From: Eledone cirrhosa
Taxonomy: Eukaryota
Reading direction: 5' to 3'
Assembly: GCA_964016885.1 (NCBI GenBank)
Contig: OZ024756.1
Coordinates: 32,984,001-33,048,000 of the forward strand
DNA: 64,000 nt
The stretch's first letter is position 1; the number at the start of each line of letters is the position of its first letter. The notes under the pieces are model-generated. The model was not told where the DNA came from. It did not search any database and saw only the letters and a program-made list of their open reading frames with translations. The position numbers were made by a program, and so were the translations under genes. Below are positions 1 to 14,370 of this stretch, piece by piece.

Positions 1-20
1 TATATATATATATATATATA

Positions 21-86
21 TTTAATTGTATATTAATTTTGATTTATTTTGAAAAATTGGTTGAATTTTACTTGTTCTGCTTATCT

Positions 87-164
<78 letters not shown>

Positions 165-230
165 AGATAAGCAGAACAAGTAAAATTCAACCAATTTTTC
201 AAAATAAATCAAAATTAATATACAATTAAA
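21..230. repeat. Perfect ~70-bp inverted repeat separated by (TA)n; tail-to-tail copy of the tail of the HHR element at 274-363
   Basis: 21-90 (tttaattgta...cttatcttgat) is the reverse complement of 161-230 (atcaagataag...tacaattaaa). Confidence 0.9.
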
Positions 231-273
231 ATTAATCAAAATTAAAAAATATAATATAAATATTTACCTATTC

Positions 274-363
274 AAATGGCCCTAACTGTACAGTTTCACG
301 GTGCAAAACATTAAATATCACGAGGATATTAATGGAAAAGCAACGATCATCAGAGAACCATTT
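274..363 (-). ncRNA. Type I hammerhead ribozyme (minimal, PLE/retrozyme type)
   Basis: Minus strand: helix I AAATGGTTCT / CTGATGA / interrupted helix II (CG,TGC,CATTAA,TATC pairs) / GAA / palindromic helix III ACTGTACAGT / U (GUU) / helix I' AGGGCCATTT (10 bp incl. two G-U). Confidence 0.8.
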
Positions 364-702
364 TCCTGTCCTAGGGTTAAAAACCCCAGGAACGACAAAA
401 TATATGACCTCACTCCAACTAATACAGGTCTAAAAGGTCGTGAAAGTGACCCGTAAATACATTGGTGTATAGTGAAGGCGGGAAATCGTAGACTAGCCGT
501 CTATAATCGCCACTAAAAAAAGATTTTTAGTAACTAAATAGAACGACAAAGATTTATCTCTACATACTGGAGATTATTGAATAAGGTTAATATATATCTG
601 AGGGTACAATGTACCCCCGGAAATATATAGTGTGTCTATGATTTAAGGTGGTTCTATGGTATATATATATATGTGTGTATATGTATATATATATATATAT
701 AT

Positions 703-960
703 AGGACCATAATAGTACCACTGACGATTTTGCAAATGTGCAACGAAAGAACTTTGTTAGACTATATATATGTGTTTATATATATATATTATATCTGTAT
801 TTTTGACCGTTGGTCAGTTAATGGTAAACATTTAGGACCGAATGAATAAACTGTGGAGATATAAAAGATACAGAAGCGAAAACCACCAAACAGTGAGTGT
901 GTTCTGTTATTATTTCTGATAATATTATTACAACAATATGACCCTCCCCAAGTATAATAA
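703..960 (+). mobile_element. (TA)n-flanked mini-element with partial HHR core (family A)
   Basis: CTGACGA(721)-TTGCA/TGCAA stem-CGAAA; tail ends GACCCTCCCCAAGTATAA then (TA)n; related copies at ~22770-23015 and ~32950-33012; helix I not recoverable. Confidence 0.65.
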
Positions 961-984
961 TATATATATATATATATATATATA

Positions 985-1112
985 TTGTTTCTAAATTTGG
1001 CACAATGCCAGTATTTACTGTAGTGCATTACTGGTGCTTTGTTTCATCAACCTCGTAAGGATGAAAAACAAGCGAGGTTTGAACTCAGGTCACAAATGGC
1101 CATAACTCCATG
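985..1112 (-). mobile_element. Degraded, truncated tRNA-derived SINE
   Basis: Reverse complement of SINE core/tail (GTTTCTA..GGCACAA..CCAG..AAGGATGAAA..TTTGAACTCAG). Confidence 0.75.
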
Positions 1113-1195
1113 TCTCTTTCTGTGTGCATATTTATGTTGAAATTGTCTCGAGGCCTGTGCATATGTCTATTATATTAATGGTTCCATGGTGGATT

Positions 1196-1384
1196 GGGCG
1201 GTGGATTGGCAGTATCGGTAGAGGGTCGGACGCCATGCTTTGTAGCAAAGAGTTACGGCTTTTTATGGTCTCAGTTCAAATCCCGCCGAGGATAACTTTG
1301 CCTTTCATCCTTACGGGGTCGATATAAGTAAAGTACCAGTAATACACTGCGATAATTGCTGGCCTTGTGCCAAAAGTAGAAACA
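1196..1384 (+). mobile_element. Full-length tRNA-derived SINE with Nin/Deu-like core
   Basis: A-box-like TGGCAGTATCGG, B-box GTTCAAATCC, core GCCGAGG..GCCTTTCATCCTTACGGGGTCGAT..AAGTACCAG, tail GCTGGCCTTGTGCCAAAAGTAGAAAC; many copies in window. Confidence 0.9.
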
Positions 1385-1724
1385 CGTATGTTAGTAGTTC
1401 GACAAAATTCCATCGATAGAATAGAAACCAGATTTGTAACCATAAATACTGATTGGAGGTAGAAGCCCCTGCATGGCCACAGTTTTATGACTGAAAAAAA
1501 TAAATATTAGAAGACACTATCTACGCTTGCACTAGTAAATCATCGATGTGAAAACAATAATTAACTTAGTGTTAAGATATTTAATGGACTGGCCATAATA
1601 AGTGAAATGACTTACTAATTAAATCTTTGATGTTCTCTACATTAATTGATTAATTATATGAACATAAAAAAAAGAAGAAACCATTTTAAAATTTAATATA
1701 TTTACATGTTTATGCCTCTGCTTT

Positions 1725-1850
1725 CCTTTCTATCTCTCTCTCTTTCTCTGTCTGTCTCTTTCTTTCTCTCTCTCTTTCTCTGTCTGTCTCTTTCTTTCTC
1801 TCTCTCTCTATATGTCTCTCTATCTCTCTATCTATCTCTCTATCTCACTA

Positions 1851-1887
<37 letters not shown>

Positions 1888-2150
1888 CTATATCTATATC
1901 TGTCTGTCTGTCTCTTTCTCTCTCTCACTCTATATGTCTCTCACTCTATCTATCTCTCTCTATCTCTCTCTGCATTTCTCTCTTTCTCTGTCTGTCTGTA
2001 TATACCAGTCCCTCTCTCTGTCGCTGTTTGTCTCTCTCTCTCTTTCGCTCTCTATCTTTCTATCTATCTGGCTCACTCTCTATCTCTTTCTCCATCTCTC
2101 CCCCTCTCTATCATCCAGTCTTTCTTTCACTTCTCTCTCTTTCTCTATAT
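1725..2150. repeat. Degenerate (CT)n/(TA)n compound microsatellite
   Basis: Direct inspection; explains ORFs 1706..2275 and 1812..2222. Confidence 0.9.
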
Positions 2151-2454
2151 ACTATATGTTATTTAGTAATGTTGTTGATAACTGGAGGTTGGGCCAATAT
2201 GAACACTGGCTACTATTATTAGAACGGCGATTCCCGAAAAAGGGTGTTCTTTTCGCCATAAGTGTGATTGTATGATTGGAATCAGCACAGTGTATATATT
2301 ATGAATGAGAAGAAATTTCACTTTAATATATTTTCTATTCCATATTGAACGTTACATATGTTTCACAGGTGGTCGGCTTGTGGTTTTTAATCTTGGGATA
2401 CGAGTCTGTCACGAGTCTGTCACGAAACATATTTAACATCAGTATCCCCAGGAT

Positions 2455-2549
<95 letters not shown>

Positions 2550-2560
2550 GTATGTATGTA

Positions 2561-2594
<34 letters not shown>

Positions 2595-2644
2595 AATGCA
2601 TATATATATATATAGATATTTATATAAATAGATATGTATGTATG

Positions 2645-2718
<74 letters not shown>

Positions 2719-2732
2719 CATAGATCTATTTC

Positions 2733-2810
<78 letters not shown>

Positions 2811-2820
2811 CATACATATC

Positions 2821-2853
<33 letters not shown>

Positions 2854-2856
2854 GTA

Positions 2857-3143
2857 TCAAGGGGGTGTAACTTGGAGTTACTGCAGGTTCACCCGGGAGA
2901 GCACTCGATGGTTAGGTTCACTTCTGTGATGAGGTGTAGAGCTATACGGAGTGTAATATATTGAAAGGATAACAAGGACGATGGTTACCCCTTCATTACA
3001 TTTATTGGTAGGTGACGCGCGTTTCGCCACTGATCAGCTCGAAAAGATCGAACCTTGAGCTGATCAGTGGTAAAACGCGGCGTCACCTACCAATAAATGT
3101 AACGAAGGAGTAACCAATCGTCCTTGTTATCCTTTCAATATAT
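2857..3143 (-). mobile_element. (TA)n-flanked fold-back element containing the 3' half of an HHR
   Basis: Imperfect inverted arms 2956-3040 / 3057-3143; minus strand reads C-GAA-ACGCGCGT-C (palindromic helix III, GUC); longer tail runs to 2857. Confidence 0.75.
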
Positions 3144-3351
3144 ATATATATGTATATATAAATATATATATATATATATATGTATATATAAATATATATA
3201 TATATATATGTATATATAAAAATATATCTATATCTATATATATATTTATATATAAATATATATACATATATATATATACGTATATATATATATAAATATA
3301 TATATATATGTATATATAAATATATATATATATATAAATACATACATATAT

Positions 3352-3420
<69 letters not shown>

Positions 3421-3441
3421 ATTGTGTGTATATATATATAT

Positions 3442-3579
3442 ATATTTAATATAGAAAGGCTTCTACAGGACTAGATCTGTTTTAGTCCTGTAGAAGCCTC
3501 TCTATATTAAATATGTATAATCTGCTTTGTATTGAGTATATTACTTAGTGTGGTTACCCCCGATTGAAACCGTGATAAA

Positions 3580-3581
<2 letters not shown>
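3442..3581 (+). mobile_element. Short fold-back element (family B), related to 26485-26787
   Basis: 32-bp arms 3442-3473 / 3483-3514; tail TAGTCCTGTAGAAGCC...GGTTACCCC..GATAAAC shared with 26691-26786. Confidence 0.8.
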
Positions 3582-3634
<53 letters not shown>

Positions 3635-3811
3635 CCAACACCCTAGTATGCAGGCTGGAGCACTCGACGAAGTACGCAGGCTGGTTTGGTTACTCCGGAG
3701 TAATGTTCCTCAGTGAAATAACAACCCAACCAGGAACTGGGCATATAAGAGTATTGGCAAAATTATACACCTCAACAACATATGTACTTGTCTCTACCAC
3801 ACTAATTCAGA

Positions 3812-3862
3812 CTGCCTGAAGAGGTCACAGCCAAAGATGGCTGTCACTGAAATATATATATC
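3812..3862 (+). ncRNA. Hammerhead ribozyme core, helix I degenerate (family C)
   Basis: CTGAAGA-G-GTCACAGCCA-AAGA-TGGCTGTCAC-T-GAA-ATATATATAT-C; homologous to 40524-40577. Confidence 0.65.
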
Positions 3863-3910
3863 ACCAATCAACGAAGCTAAATTTTAAACATTTGACTTTT
3901 TATTTAACTT

Positions 3911-3979
<69 letters not shown>

Positions 3980-4140
3980 AACGTAGCATAACGGATAACA
4001 TTTCCGGTGAATGGTCATTGACACTTTATTAATTTTCATTGAGCAAGATCACTGAACAAGAAACAAGAACGTACACAGGCAAAAGTACACTTGCGCATAG
4101 ACACATCCACAATATATATATATATATGTGTGTGTTATAT

Positions 4141-4193
<53 letters not shown>

Positions 4194-4421
4194 GGTCGAT
4201 GCGCGTATATATATATATATATATATATAGGGGGGGGGGAGCTATGGATACCGTGCGAGAGCCTGTGCATTGGTATGTATGTCGAAAACAGTTTGTAACG
4301 GCAGGATGTTATGTCTTTTAATATGAGACGTCATGTATTTGACATAGCTTGACTTCCTCTGACGTGTTTCTTTGTGGATGTGTGACAATTTCTAGTGTAT
4401 GCACGTGAAAGAAATTGTGTT

Positions 4422-4458
<37 letters not shown>

Positions 4459-4461
4459 TAA

Positions 4462-4534
<73 letters not shown>

Positions 4535-4570
4535 TATATATATATATTCGTATATATATATATATATATA

Positions 4571-4636
<66 letters not shown>

Positions 4637-4665
4637 TATAGATATATATATATATATAAATATAT

Positions 4666-4705
<40 letters not shown>

Positions 4706-4730
4706 GCATATATATATATATATATATATA

Positions 4731-4818
<88 letters not shown>

Positions 4819-4854
4819 TATATGCAGAGGTTATATTTAATAAGCTTTAACATG

Positions 4855-4954
<100 letters not shown>

Positions 4955-5371
4955 AGATACACACATAATCATGTAGATACATTTGTATTTGTTTGATGTT
5001 CATGTGTTTGTTTCTCGTGATTCTATTCCTGTATATGTATTCTACAAATACAGCTTCCTTCCTTGCATATCTCAAGACAAATTATGATTGTAGATGATAG
5101 TTTGTAGAAAGTTGTGTAGTTGGTAATGGAATGCATTGGATTGGATTGAAAGAAGAGAAAAACTGGTATCGGAAGAATATGAAGGGAACCATTGAATTGA
5201 AACATTAACATTTGAAAAGATTCGGTGATGTTGAGGAGGATTCTGTATGAAGAACTAACATGAAAAGATCAAACAATAACACAAAATATTGGTTATGGAA
5301 ACTAGGGCGTAAAATCTAGTCAGCATCCACTGATCTGACTGCATTAGTTTTGTATCTGTCTGTTTATCTTC

Positions 5372-5459
<88 letters not shown>

Positions 5460-5499
5460 AACCATCTATCTATTATCGATCTATATATCTATATATCTA

Positions 5500-5905
5500 A
5501 AGACGAAGGAGAGGCGGTTTTCGTATGTGTTATGACTATGGTGAAAGAGTTATATGGTGGATGAGGTTAAAAGAGCTGAGGTCAGACACCTTTCTCTCCG
5601 GCGACCAACTGATTCGTTTTTTCAAATTTCATTTTGGAGATAGAGGTGCTGTACCCCAGAACATTTTATGAAAGGTGGGTGAATGTGGCAAAGATGGCCC
5701 CCCGAGCGGTTGTGCCTTCTCTCTATATAAGCCTGTAGTTTGAGGAAAAGGAAGAAGAGAGGAAGGGAGTACTCACTCTTGGTGCTCCTGGAGATGAGGC
5801 TTGTACATTTTCTTTCGGGGTGTGTACAACCCCTCTGTAACCCCCCCCCCTATTGGGGATTTCAATTGTTATTTGTTGTTTTATTAATAATTTTATTTTT
5901 ATATA
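5500..5905 (+). mobile_element. 3' end of a Tx1/L1-like LINE ORF2 plus 3' UTR (frameshifted relic)
   Basis: Pieced translation FVCVMTMVKE / IWWMRLKELRSDTFLSGDQLIRFFKFHF / EVLYPRTFYERWVNVAKMA resembles the K..IW..R ... F..RW C-terminus of Tx1-like ORF2; bounded by microsatellites. Confidence 0.5.
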
Positions 5906-5991
5906 CCTGTATGTATATATATATATATACACACACATATGTGTGAATGTATGCCCAGTATAAACTAATAAATAGCATTATATGTATATTG

Positions 5992-6033
<42 letters not shown>

Positions 6034-6294
6034 ATGTATATAAAGACTTCTAAATACTCCAATTATTCAAAATATAAATCCGTTAATGTGATATAAATGG
6101 AATTTCCGTTCGTAATTGTAAATACACACACACAAACACAAAGCTCACCTTGAAAGCTGCAACTGCTACTCTACATATGTGTATTTAATATACACTTTAC
6201 ACATTTATATATAACAATTTGCTATTAACTGTCACGGTGAATACAAATAATATGGTACTTGCTCTTCCATATCACTTTTACTGAAACATTTAAT

Positions 6295-6464
6295 GGGTTT
6301 ATAAAACTTTAAGCTACGATATTTCTCGGTGGGTCATGAAGATTGTAGATAGTCTTCGAAGATGGTTTGAACAAGATCTGGGTTTATAAAGCATCAGCTA
6401 CGTATTTCTCTGTGGGTCATGAGGTATGTAGATTGTCTCCGAAGATGGTTTGAACAAGATCTGG
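6295..6464. repeat. ~85-bp diverged tandem duplication
   Basis: Two units GGGTTTATAAA..GCTACG..GTGGGTCATGA..GAAGATGGTTTGAACAAGATCTGG starting at 6295 and 6380. Confidence 0.85.
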
Positions 6465-6884
6465 ATGTGAAAATGTTCTATATTTTATTAATTACGCAAA
6501 TGTAATGTTTCTACGTGTAACAAATTGTGTATATACATATTCCCTGCAGTTTAACTTAAATCCTGTACCCTGTACAGGCAAGGTACTTCGTTTCTTGTTG
6601 CTCGAGTCCACTGTGCTGAGGAAATAAATGAGCAGCACCTGTAGTTCAAAAGTCCAAGCTGGTATTTATTGATATTGGTTATTGTGTTCTATTGTTAATA
6701 TGAATATTTAATTTTTTTCTATTGGTTATACTAACTATTTTCTCTTCTATGGTATATCATTTCCTTTATCTGATGAAAAGCCTACTGTAACGTACTGAGA
6801 TTGAAATCGGATTGCTAGAAACGTTTGATCTTTGACAATATGGTTTGTGGTATTTAGTTACGTACCTTTTCATTCGCATTTCAG

Positions 6885-7016
6885 ATCCAGCCGATGGTAT
6901 CTTTGCTTTTCATCCTTACGGGTCAATGGAATAAAGGGTCATTAATGCAATGCTTGGCGATTTAATCAACTTCCCCATTCGTTTCAGATTATTGGCCTTG
7001 TGCCAAAAGTAGAAAC
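6885..7016 (+). mobile_element. Degraded SINE 3' part (older, longer-tail variant)
   Basis: TTTCATCCTTACGGGTC...GGCCTTGTGCCAAAAGTAGAAAC. Confidence 0.75.
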
Positions 7017-8819
7017 ATTTATTGCTTTGTTGTTGCGTGTATATATATATATATATATACATACATAGATATACACATACACACAGACATACACACACAC
7101 ATATATATATATAGATATATATATATATATACATACATATGTACATACACTGACATATATGCATACCTACACACAAACATACGTACATACATGCACACGT
7201 TTATATACATATATATAGAGAAAGATAGAAACAGAGAATGACTGAGAGAGAAAAAGAGAAATAAAGACTGAATGAGAGGAGGGAAGAGAGCGGAGTGGGT
7301 GGGATAAAGTCTGAATGAGAGTCAAACAGAGATGTCCCAAATGAGGCAACAACAAAGAAGAAGACATTTATATATTTATTTCAATTGGCTTTCATTGAAG
7401 GCAAAAATTCTTTCATCTCTGCCTTAGCGCGTTCTGTTAACAAGAGATCAATGCTTACGGGAGAATAGACAAGACAAGACAAGACATGATTGCCAATAGA
7501 TCGATGATTATAGGAGAAGAGGAGAGGCGAAACAAGAAGAGACAGACATGATTGGCAAAGTAGCTTTAGAGATGTTGTGATTCCCAGCCAGAATGACGAC
7601 TCTCTCGTATAAAATTCATAGTTCTACATCTTACGAAGATCAAAATAAAATGATTTACAAAAATAAAAAATTTGCATGAGAAAGGGAATTATCAGTGTAC
7701 GAAAGATATCTATGTATAATTTGACGGTTTGTATAAAAGCATGCGTGTATGTATGTATGTATGTATGTATGTATGTATGTATGTATGTATGTGTGTATGT
7801 ATGTTATCTCTTTCTCTTAATTTCGAGTATATTTTTTTGACCGGCCACGTTCCTGGTGGCAAGGTTGTAAAAGAAAAGAAATTGTCATCCCTTGAATCGC
7901 AAGAATGTTTTGCAAATTTTGAAGGTACCAGCTATCGCAGCCATTTGCAGACTATGAATTAGGGGGCTGCGCTCTTTGTCTGTATGTATGTATGTATGTA
8001 TGTATGTATGTATGTATGTATGTATGTATGTATGTATGTATGTATGTATGTAGTATTGGTATGTGTGTGTGTATGTATGTATTTATGTATTTATGTATGT
8101 ATGTGTGTATCTATGTATGTTTGTATGTCTGTTTTGTGTGTATTTATGTGTATGAATGTATTTATATATGACTGTATATATGTATTCAAGTATATATATA
8201 TGTGTGTGTGTGTGTGTTTGTGCGTATATTTATATATATATATATATAATTATGCGTGTTTTTGTATGTACCTGTGTATGTGTGTGTGTGTATATAGTTT
8301 GACAGTTTGATAAACATTTGCATCTTTCCCTAAATACATAATTCAAATATCGATTAATTTGTATCAGCATTGCGAATAATGTTATTGATTGATTTACTTT
8401 GGACAAAAACTACAGCTAATCAATAGTTCGTAAGGCAAACTCTACCGCCATGATGAAGGTTACAATATATATCCTCCCATCTATGAATGTAGCCTCTACT
8501 ACATATGTTAAGCTCTCATCAGATTTAACGACGAGGCTATGGCAAAGGCGTTTGTCTGAAATTCCTTAATGTGATATCGAAGCCTGACATTCATAATTTG
8601 AAGGCAAGGTCCGTACTCGTAAACACCGGTTCACATCCTCTTGAACGTATTGAGTGTTAGGTTTCCGTCGTTTTGGAGTACAAGGTGTTCCTGTTAGCCA
8701 TTCAAAGAACAAACTATTGTTGGTATTTCAATGTAAGTGGCATAGAATTGACCGATACGTGGACACATAATATATTAAAATGCTAGATCAATATGCTTTA
8801 AAGTGGCAATTATTTTTGG

Positions 8820-8905
8820 CAGTCGAGTGGACTGAAGCAATGTGAAATAAAATATCTTGGTGAAAAACATAACGTGTACCCGAGAATCGAATTCTAGATT
8901 TACCA
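8820..8905 (-). mobile_element. Degraded fragment of a second, older SINE family
   Basis: GTGGACTGAAGCAATGTGAAATAAAATATCTTG..AACATAAC..GAGAATCGAA; similar degraded pieces near 35760, 36440, 39840 and 40160. Confidence 0.45.
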
Positions 8906-9042
8906 TCGTTTCAATGTTTCTGTATATGTTTCATATCTTTATTCCAGAATGAATATTTTTCTAATTACTTATACGAAAGTAATAATATGTAATACATAGA
9001 GGTAGGTTCAATCAAGTATATGTGACTAACATTAATTTCTGA

Positions 9043-9112
9043 CGGGGTCGATTAAATAAAGTACCAGTAATACACTGGGATAATTGCTGGCCTTGTGCCA
9101 AAAGTAGAAACA
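9043..9112 (+). mobile_element. 5'-truncated SINE with 12-bp TSD
   Basis: SINE 3' half flanked by ATTAATTTCTGA at 9031-9042 and 9113-9124. Confidence 0.85.
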
Positions 9113-9167
9113 ATTAATTTCTGAGCGAGTATTATTATTAAATATATCGACCATACCAAATAAGCAA

Positions 9168-9216
<49 letters not shown>

Positions 9217-9637
9217 ATATGATACGTGATCATATATATATATATATATATATATAATACGTGATCATATATGAAGCAATCTGACGATCTTTCGAGTCAG
9301 GTTGGATCTATATTGAAAAACATAATTTTTAAACTCTTCTATTGACCACCTTACTAATTGTAGTTACTCCCCGATATATATGTGTTAAGAAATTACAAGT
9401 GACTTTCTCTTTCCATGATTTCGCTGTTTCCCTCTTGAACATTTTCCCTTTTCTTTCAAACATTTACACTATTCGCTCTTTACCTCCCGATAGGAGAGAC
9501 AACTAATTTTCGAATACGTAGAAAGTTGGTTTACCTTCATATATCATTTAAGTCAATACATTAATATTTTAACCTGTTGTACTATAGTATTGAGATCATA
9601 TTTTCTTGTCTCTTGCGCTTCTTAAATGATTATACCA

Positions 9638-9726
<89 letters not shown>

Positions 9727-9819
9727 AAGTAATTCCGTCGGAAAGGTCCAGGAAAAAAGAGTGCTCTATGTAGGTTACATAGCTTAATAGTTATGCAATA
9801 AACAACATAAGGTAATTAT

Positions 9820-9878
9820 TTCATTTACCAGTGGTTTCTTGAAAGCAAACAAATTTTGCTTTCAATCATCAGAATGAA
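9820..9878 (-). ncRNA. Type I hammerhead ribozyme, intact fold (family D), inside element ~9722-9918
   Basis: Minus strand: TTCATT-CTGATGA-TTGAAAGCAAA(5-nt loop)TTTGCTTTCAA-GAA-ACCA C TGGT-A(GUA)-AATGAA. Confidence 0.88.
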
Positions 9879-10074
9879 AAAATCCTTTTTTCATTATGTT
9901 GTTTATTACATAATTATATATATATATATATAGAGAGAGAGAGATAGATAGACAGATCAACTATTATTGTAGCGATTTGCTTTGAAACAACTATATTTGA
10001 AATTATCCCGATCTCTTCCACTCACTCTATATCAATATATATATATATATATATATGTTTGTGTGTGTGTGTGT

Positions 10075-10132
10075 CCAGAAATAGCCGTGGAAACGGCTTG
10101 AGCTCTGTTATCAGGGTTAAACACTTTCCTAT
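10075..10132 (+). mobile_element. Degenerate fragment of family E (see 31485, 41852)
   Basis: CCAGAAATAGCCGTGGAAACGGCTTGAGCTC..TTCCTAT. Confidence 0.6.
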
Positions 10133-10134
10133 AT

Positions 10135-10186
<52 letters not shown>

Positions 10187-10322
10187 TCTAGAGAAACATT
10201 TATGAACGCATCCTAATTCAAACAATATGTTACAACATCAAGAAAGAATTATGGAAGAATTTTCTTACTCCAAGCAATCTATTTCGTAGATTTCCTCAAG
10301 AATATAATTGATCCAGCAAAGT

Positions 10323-10373
<51 letters not shown>

Positions 10374-10416
10374 GTGTGTATGTGGGTGGGTGTGGGTGTG
10401 GGTGTATGTGTGTGTA

Positions 10417-10501
<85 letters not shown>

Positions 10502-10619
10502 AAGAATTGAGAAAGTACAGTCTTAGCACATCTAGATTATTTTGCAGTCACATATTCACTTGAGGAATCAAAAACCAACACTTACCATCATGTTGGCAGA
10601 CATTTTGTTTTGCCATTTA

Positions 10620-11770
<1,151 letters not shown>

Positions 11771-12499
11771 TTCTAAACAGAAACAAAAATAAAATGACAG
11801 TAAAAGAAATATGATGAATAAAGCGTGAATTCTTTTTTCTTTTTTTCTTTTTCATTTTTTTTTTTTACCTTTCTTTGATAAAATGTTCACCTGACTGTGT
11901 AGTTATAATGTTTTGGAGGAAGAAATTCATTTTTACGCGGTTATTAACGTCAATATTCTTCATGAGATAACATTCCTTCACTCTAAAGTAGCACACATAA
12001 ATACAGAGAAAGAAAAGAAAGACAAATGACGATGTTCTTCACGTCGACCTGCAAAATGGCTTTTTGCTTTCCAAAGTCTATTGGAGATGAGAAAACATAA
12101 AAGAATATATAAATTAATAAATGAGAAATAGAGTAAAAAATAAGAAAATGTCTTGCCACGTTCAATTTTGAAACACTGAGAGGAAATGAAAATGTTTGAT
12201 AAAAATAATTGCTGATATGAAACAAGGAAACCTGTAATTTATAACCTCCACACTAATCAAGGGATGACATGTTTTAGTTTCCCAAGTCAATAGTCGGACG
12301 GTGATGTTAATGACGAGGGTGTAGAGTTGTTTTCTGTGATTAGGAGGGGAACATGTCATGGCTCAGTTATAAGAAACTTGCATTCAAATGGTGTAGGACC
12401 TATGGATTATCCTCCTGTTTCGTATTTCGTGGAAAGTGTCTTTACTATAGCAGCCGTTCGTAAAATCATAATGAATAAACATTCTAAAAAATTATCGTA

Positions 12500-12804
12500 G
12501 TGTTCTTCATCCCCGGACCACTTCCATACTCACTACTATCGGGGCAGAGTTGGCTGCCCACAGATGCGAGCTCCACGAGTAAAGCGAATGAACCTCCCAA
12601 AAAAGTATTGCAGCAGTGGAGACTTCTGGTGTTCCTCGTCGCCGGACCACAACCATACTCACTGCTATCGAGGCAGAGTTGGCTCGCCGGAGATGCGAGT
12701 CCCGCAAGGTGGAATGGTTGTTTCAGCATGTCTACTTCACCGTCCACCGGGGCAATGCATTCTCCATCATTTTAGCAGTGAGAAGCAGAGGGCAAGTTAG
12801 TTAA
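12500..12804 (+). mobile_element. CRE-like (restriction-like endonuclease) non-LTR retrotransposon C-terminal fragment with internal ~70-bp duplication
   Basis: AVETSGV..TTILTAIEAELARR..VEWLFQHVYFTVHRGNAFSI matches the VET.G / LFQR.S..I.RGNA motif; 12500-12571 repeats 12629-12700. Confidence 0.7.
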
Positions 12805-13077
12805 AGGTGGTGATTTCTGAGGTGATTTCTATATATAAAGGATATTTACATTTATATCCATTATATGAAGTACTATAAACTCGTACGTTATTTTCACGAC
12901 CCTTATTTTATTACAACTGGTTAGATTTAACAAAATGGCGTGATTTAAATCCCTTTACATTAACATAATAATTATGATAAATAGGAATGGGAACCACATA
13001 TTTTATTAACATTTTACAGATGGCCATGCAATTTCACGTAGATAGATACATGCACACACACACACATATATATATAT

Positions 13078-13149
<72 letters not shown>

Positions 13150-13192
13150 CTGCATGAATATAACTACTTATATATATATATGTATATATATG

Positions 13193-13230
<38 letters not shown>

Positions 13231-13389
13231 CATGTATCTATCTACTTATATATATATATATATATATATATAGGCATTCATGTGCATATCTGCTTCACTT
13301 ATCTATACTTCAGCTGGTGCCATTGGAAGTCCTTATATACCCATGAACCTCTTCAAAACTGCATCTTTCACTTCTCATATTTAAAGATA

Positions 13390-13447
<58 letters not shown>

Positions 13448-13453
<6 letters not shown>

Positions 13454-13743
13454 AGATCAAAAGATGGTTAAAGGAGTTCCATATATTTTATTATGCGCAT
13501 TTCAAAAACAAACATCATCAAGCAATAATATTTGTGTTTTCACCAGATAAAACAGGAGAACATGATATGAAGGCTAAAAAACACTTGTTGATAGTGCAGT
13601 TTTAAATCAACATATCAAAATATATGGAACTCCTTTAACCATCTTTTGATCTTATATTATGCATACTCCAGTCCCACAAACTGTAGAGTGCTTCTTATCC
13701 GATATCTGCATTGCTTTATTGTACTACAATAAAACTCACCTCC

Positions 13744-13746
<3 letters not shown>
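13448..13746 (+). mobile_element. (TA)n-flanked element with ~42-bp inverted repeat and longer tail
   Basis: 13448-13489 is the reverse complement of 13617-13658; no HHR core seen. Confidence 0.75.
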
Positions 13747-13780
<34 letters not shown>

Positions 13781-13782
13781 CA

Positions 13783-13907
13783 ATAACAGATTAAAGTTTA
13801 AGCAAAGAATCGCTGCTTTCACCCTTAACGGGATCTTCTGACACTAACAAAGTCAATCTGTGAATGCAGAAGTGAATATTTCAAAAAACGTTGCAACCGG
13901 ATGAAGA
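13783..13907 (-). mobile_element. Dispersed repeat tail abutting (TA)n (family F)
   Basis: Near reverse complement of 27061-27185. Confidence 0.8.
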
Positions 13908-13972
13908 AGAATATATATATATACATCATGGCATTAACCGGAGGGCTGGAACAGGTAATAGATAAAAGGTAA

Positions 13973-14035
<63 letters not shown>

Positions 14036-14179
14036 TATACATATATATATGTACATATGTATAGATATATATATATATATATGTATATATATAAAAAATA
14101 AATAAAATTTCGCTCTACATGGCTGAAATATGAAAACTATATATATATATATATGTGTATATGTATGTATATATATATA

Positions 14180-14223
<44 letters not shown>

Positions 14224-14271
14224 CGTGCGTGTGTCTGTATATGTGTGTACATATGTATATAGATAGATATA

Positions 14272-14341
<70 letters not shown>

Positions 14342-14370
14342 CGATATTTTTACTATCGTATTTTATCGTA

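Noticed and set aside
1196-1290. tRNA gene
   Set aside because: A/B boxes present but no cloverleaf; continues into SINE core and is multi-copy
11983-12070. Possible minus-strand exon after TTTTGCAG (VDVKNIVICL...)
   Set aside because: Short, no recognisable domain or clear donor
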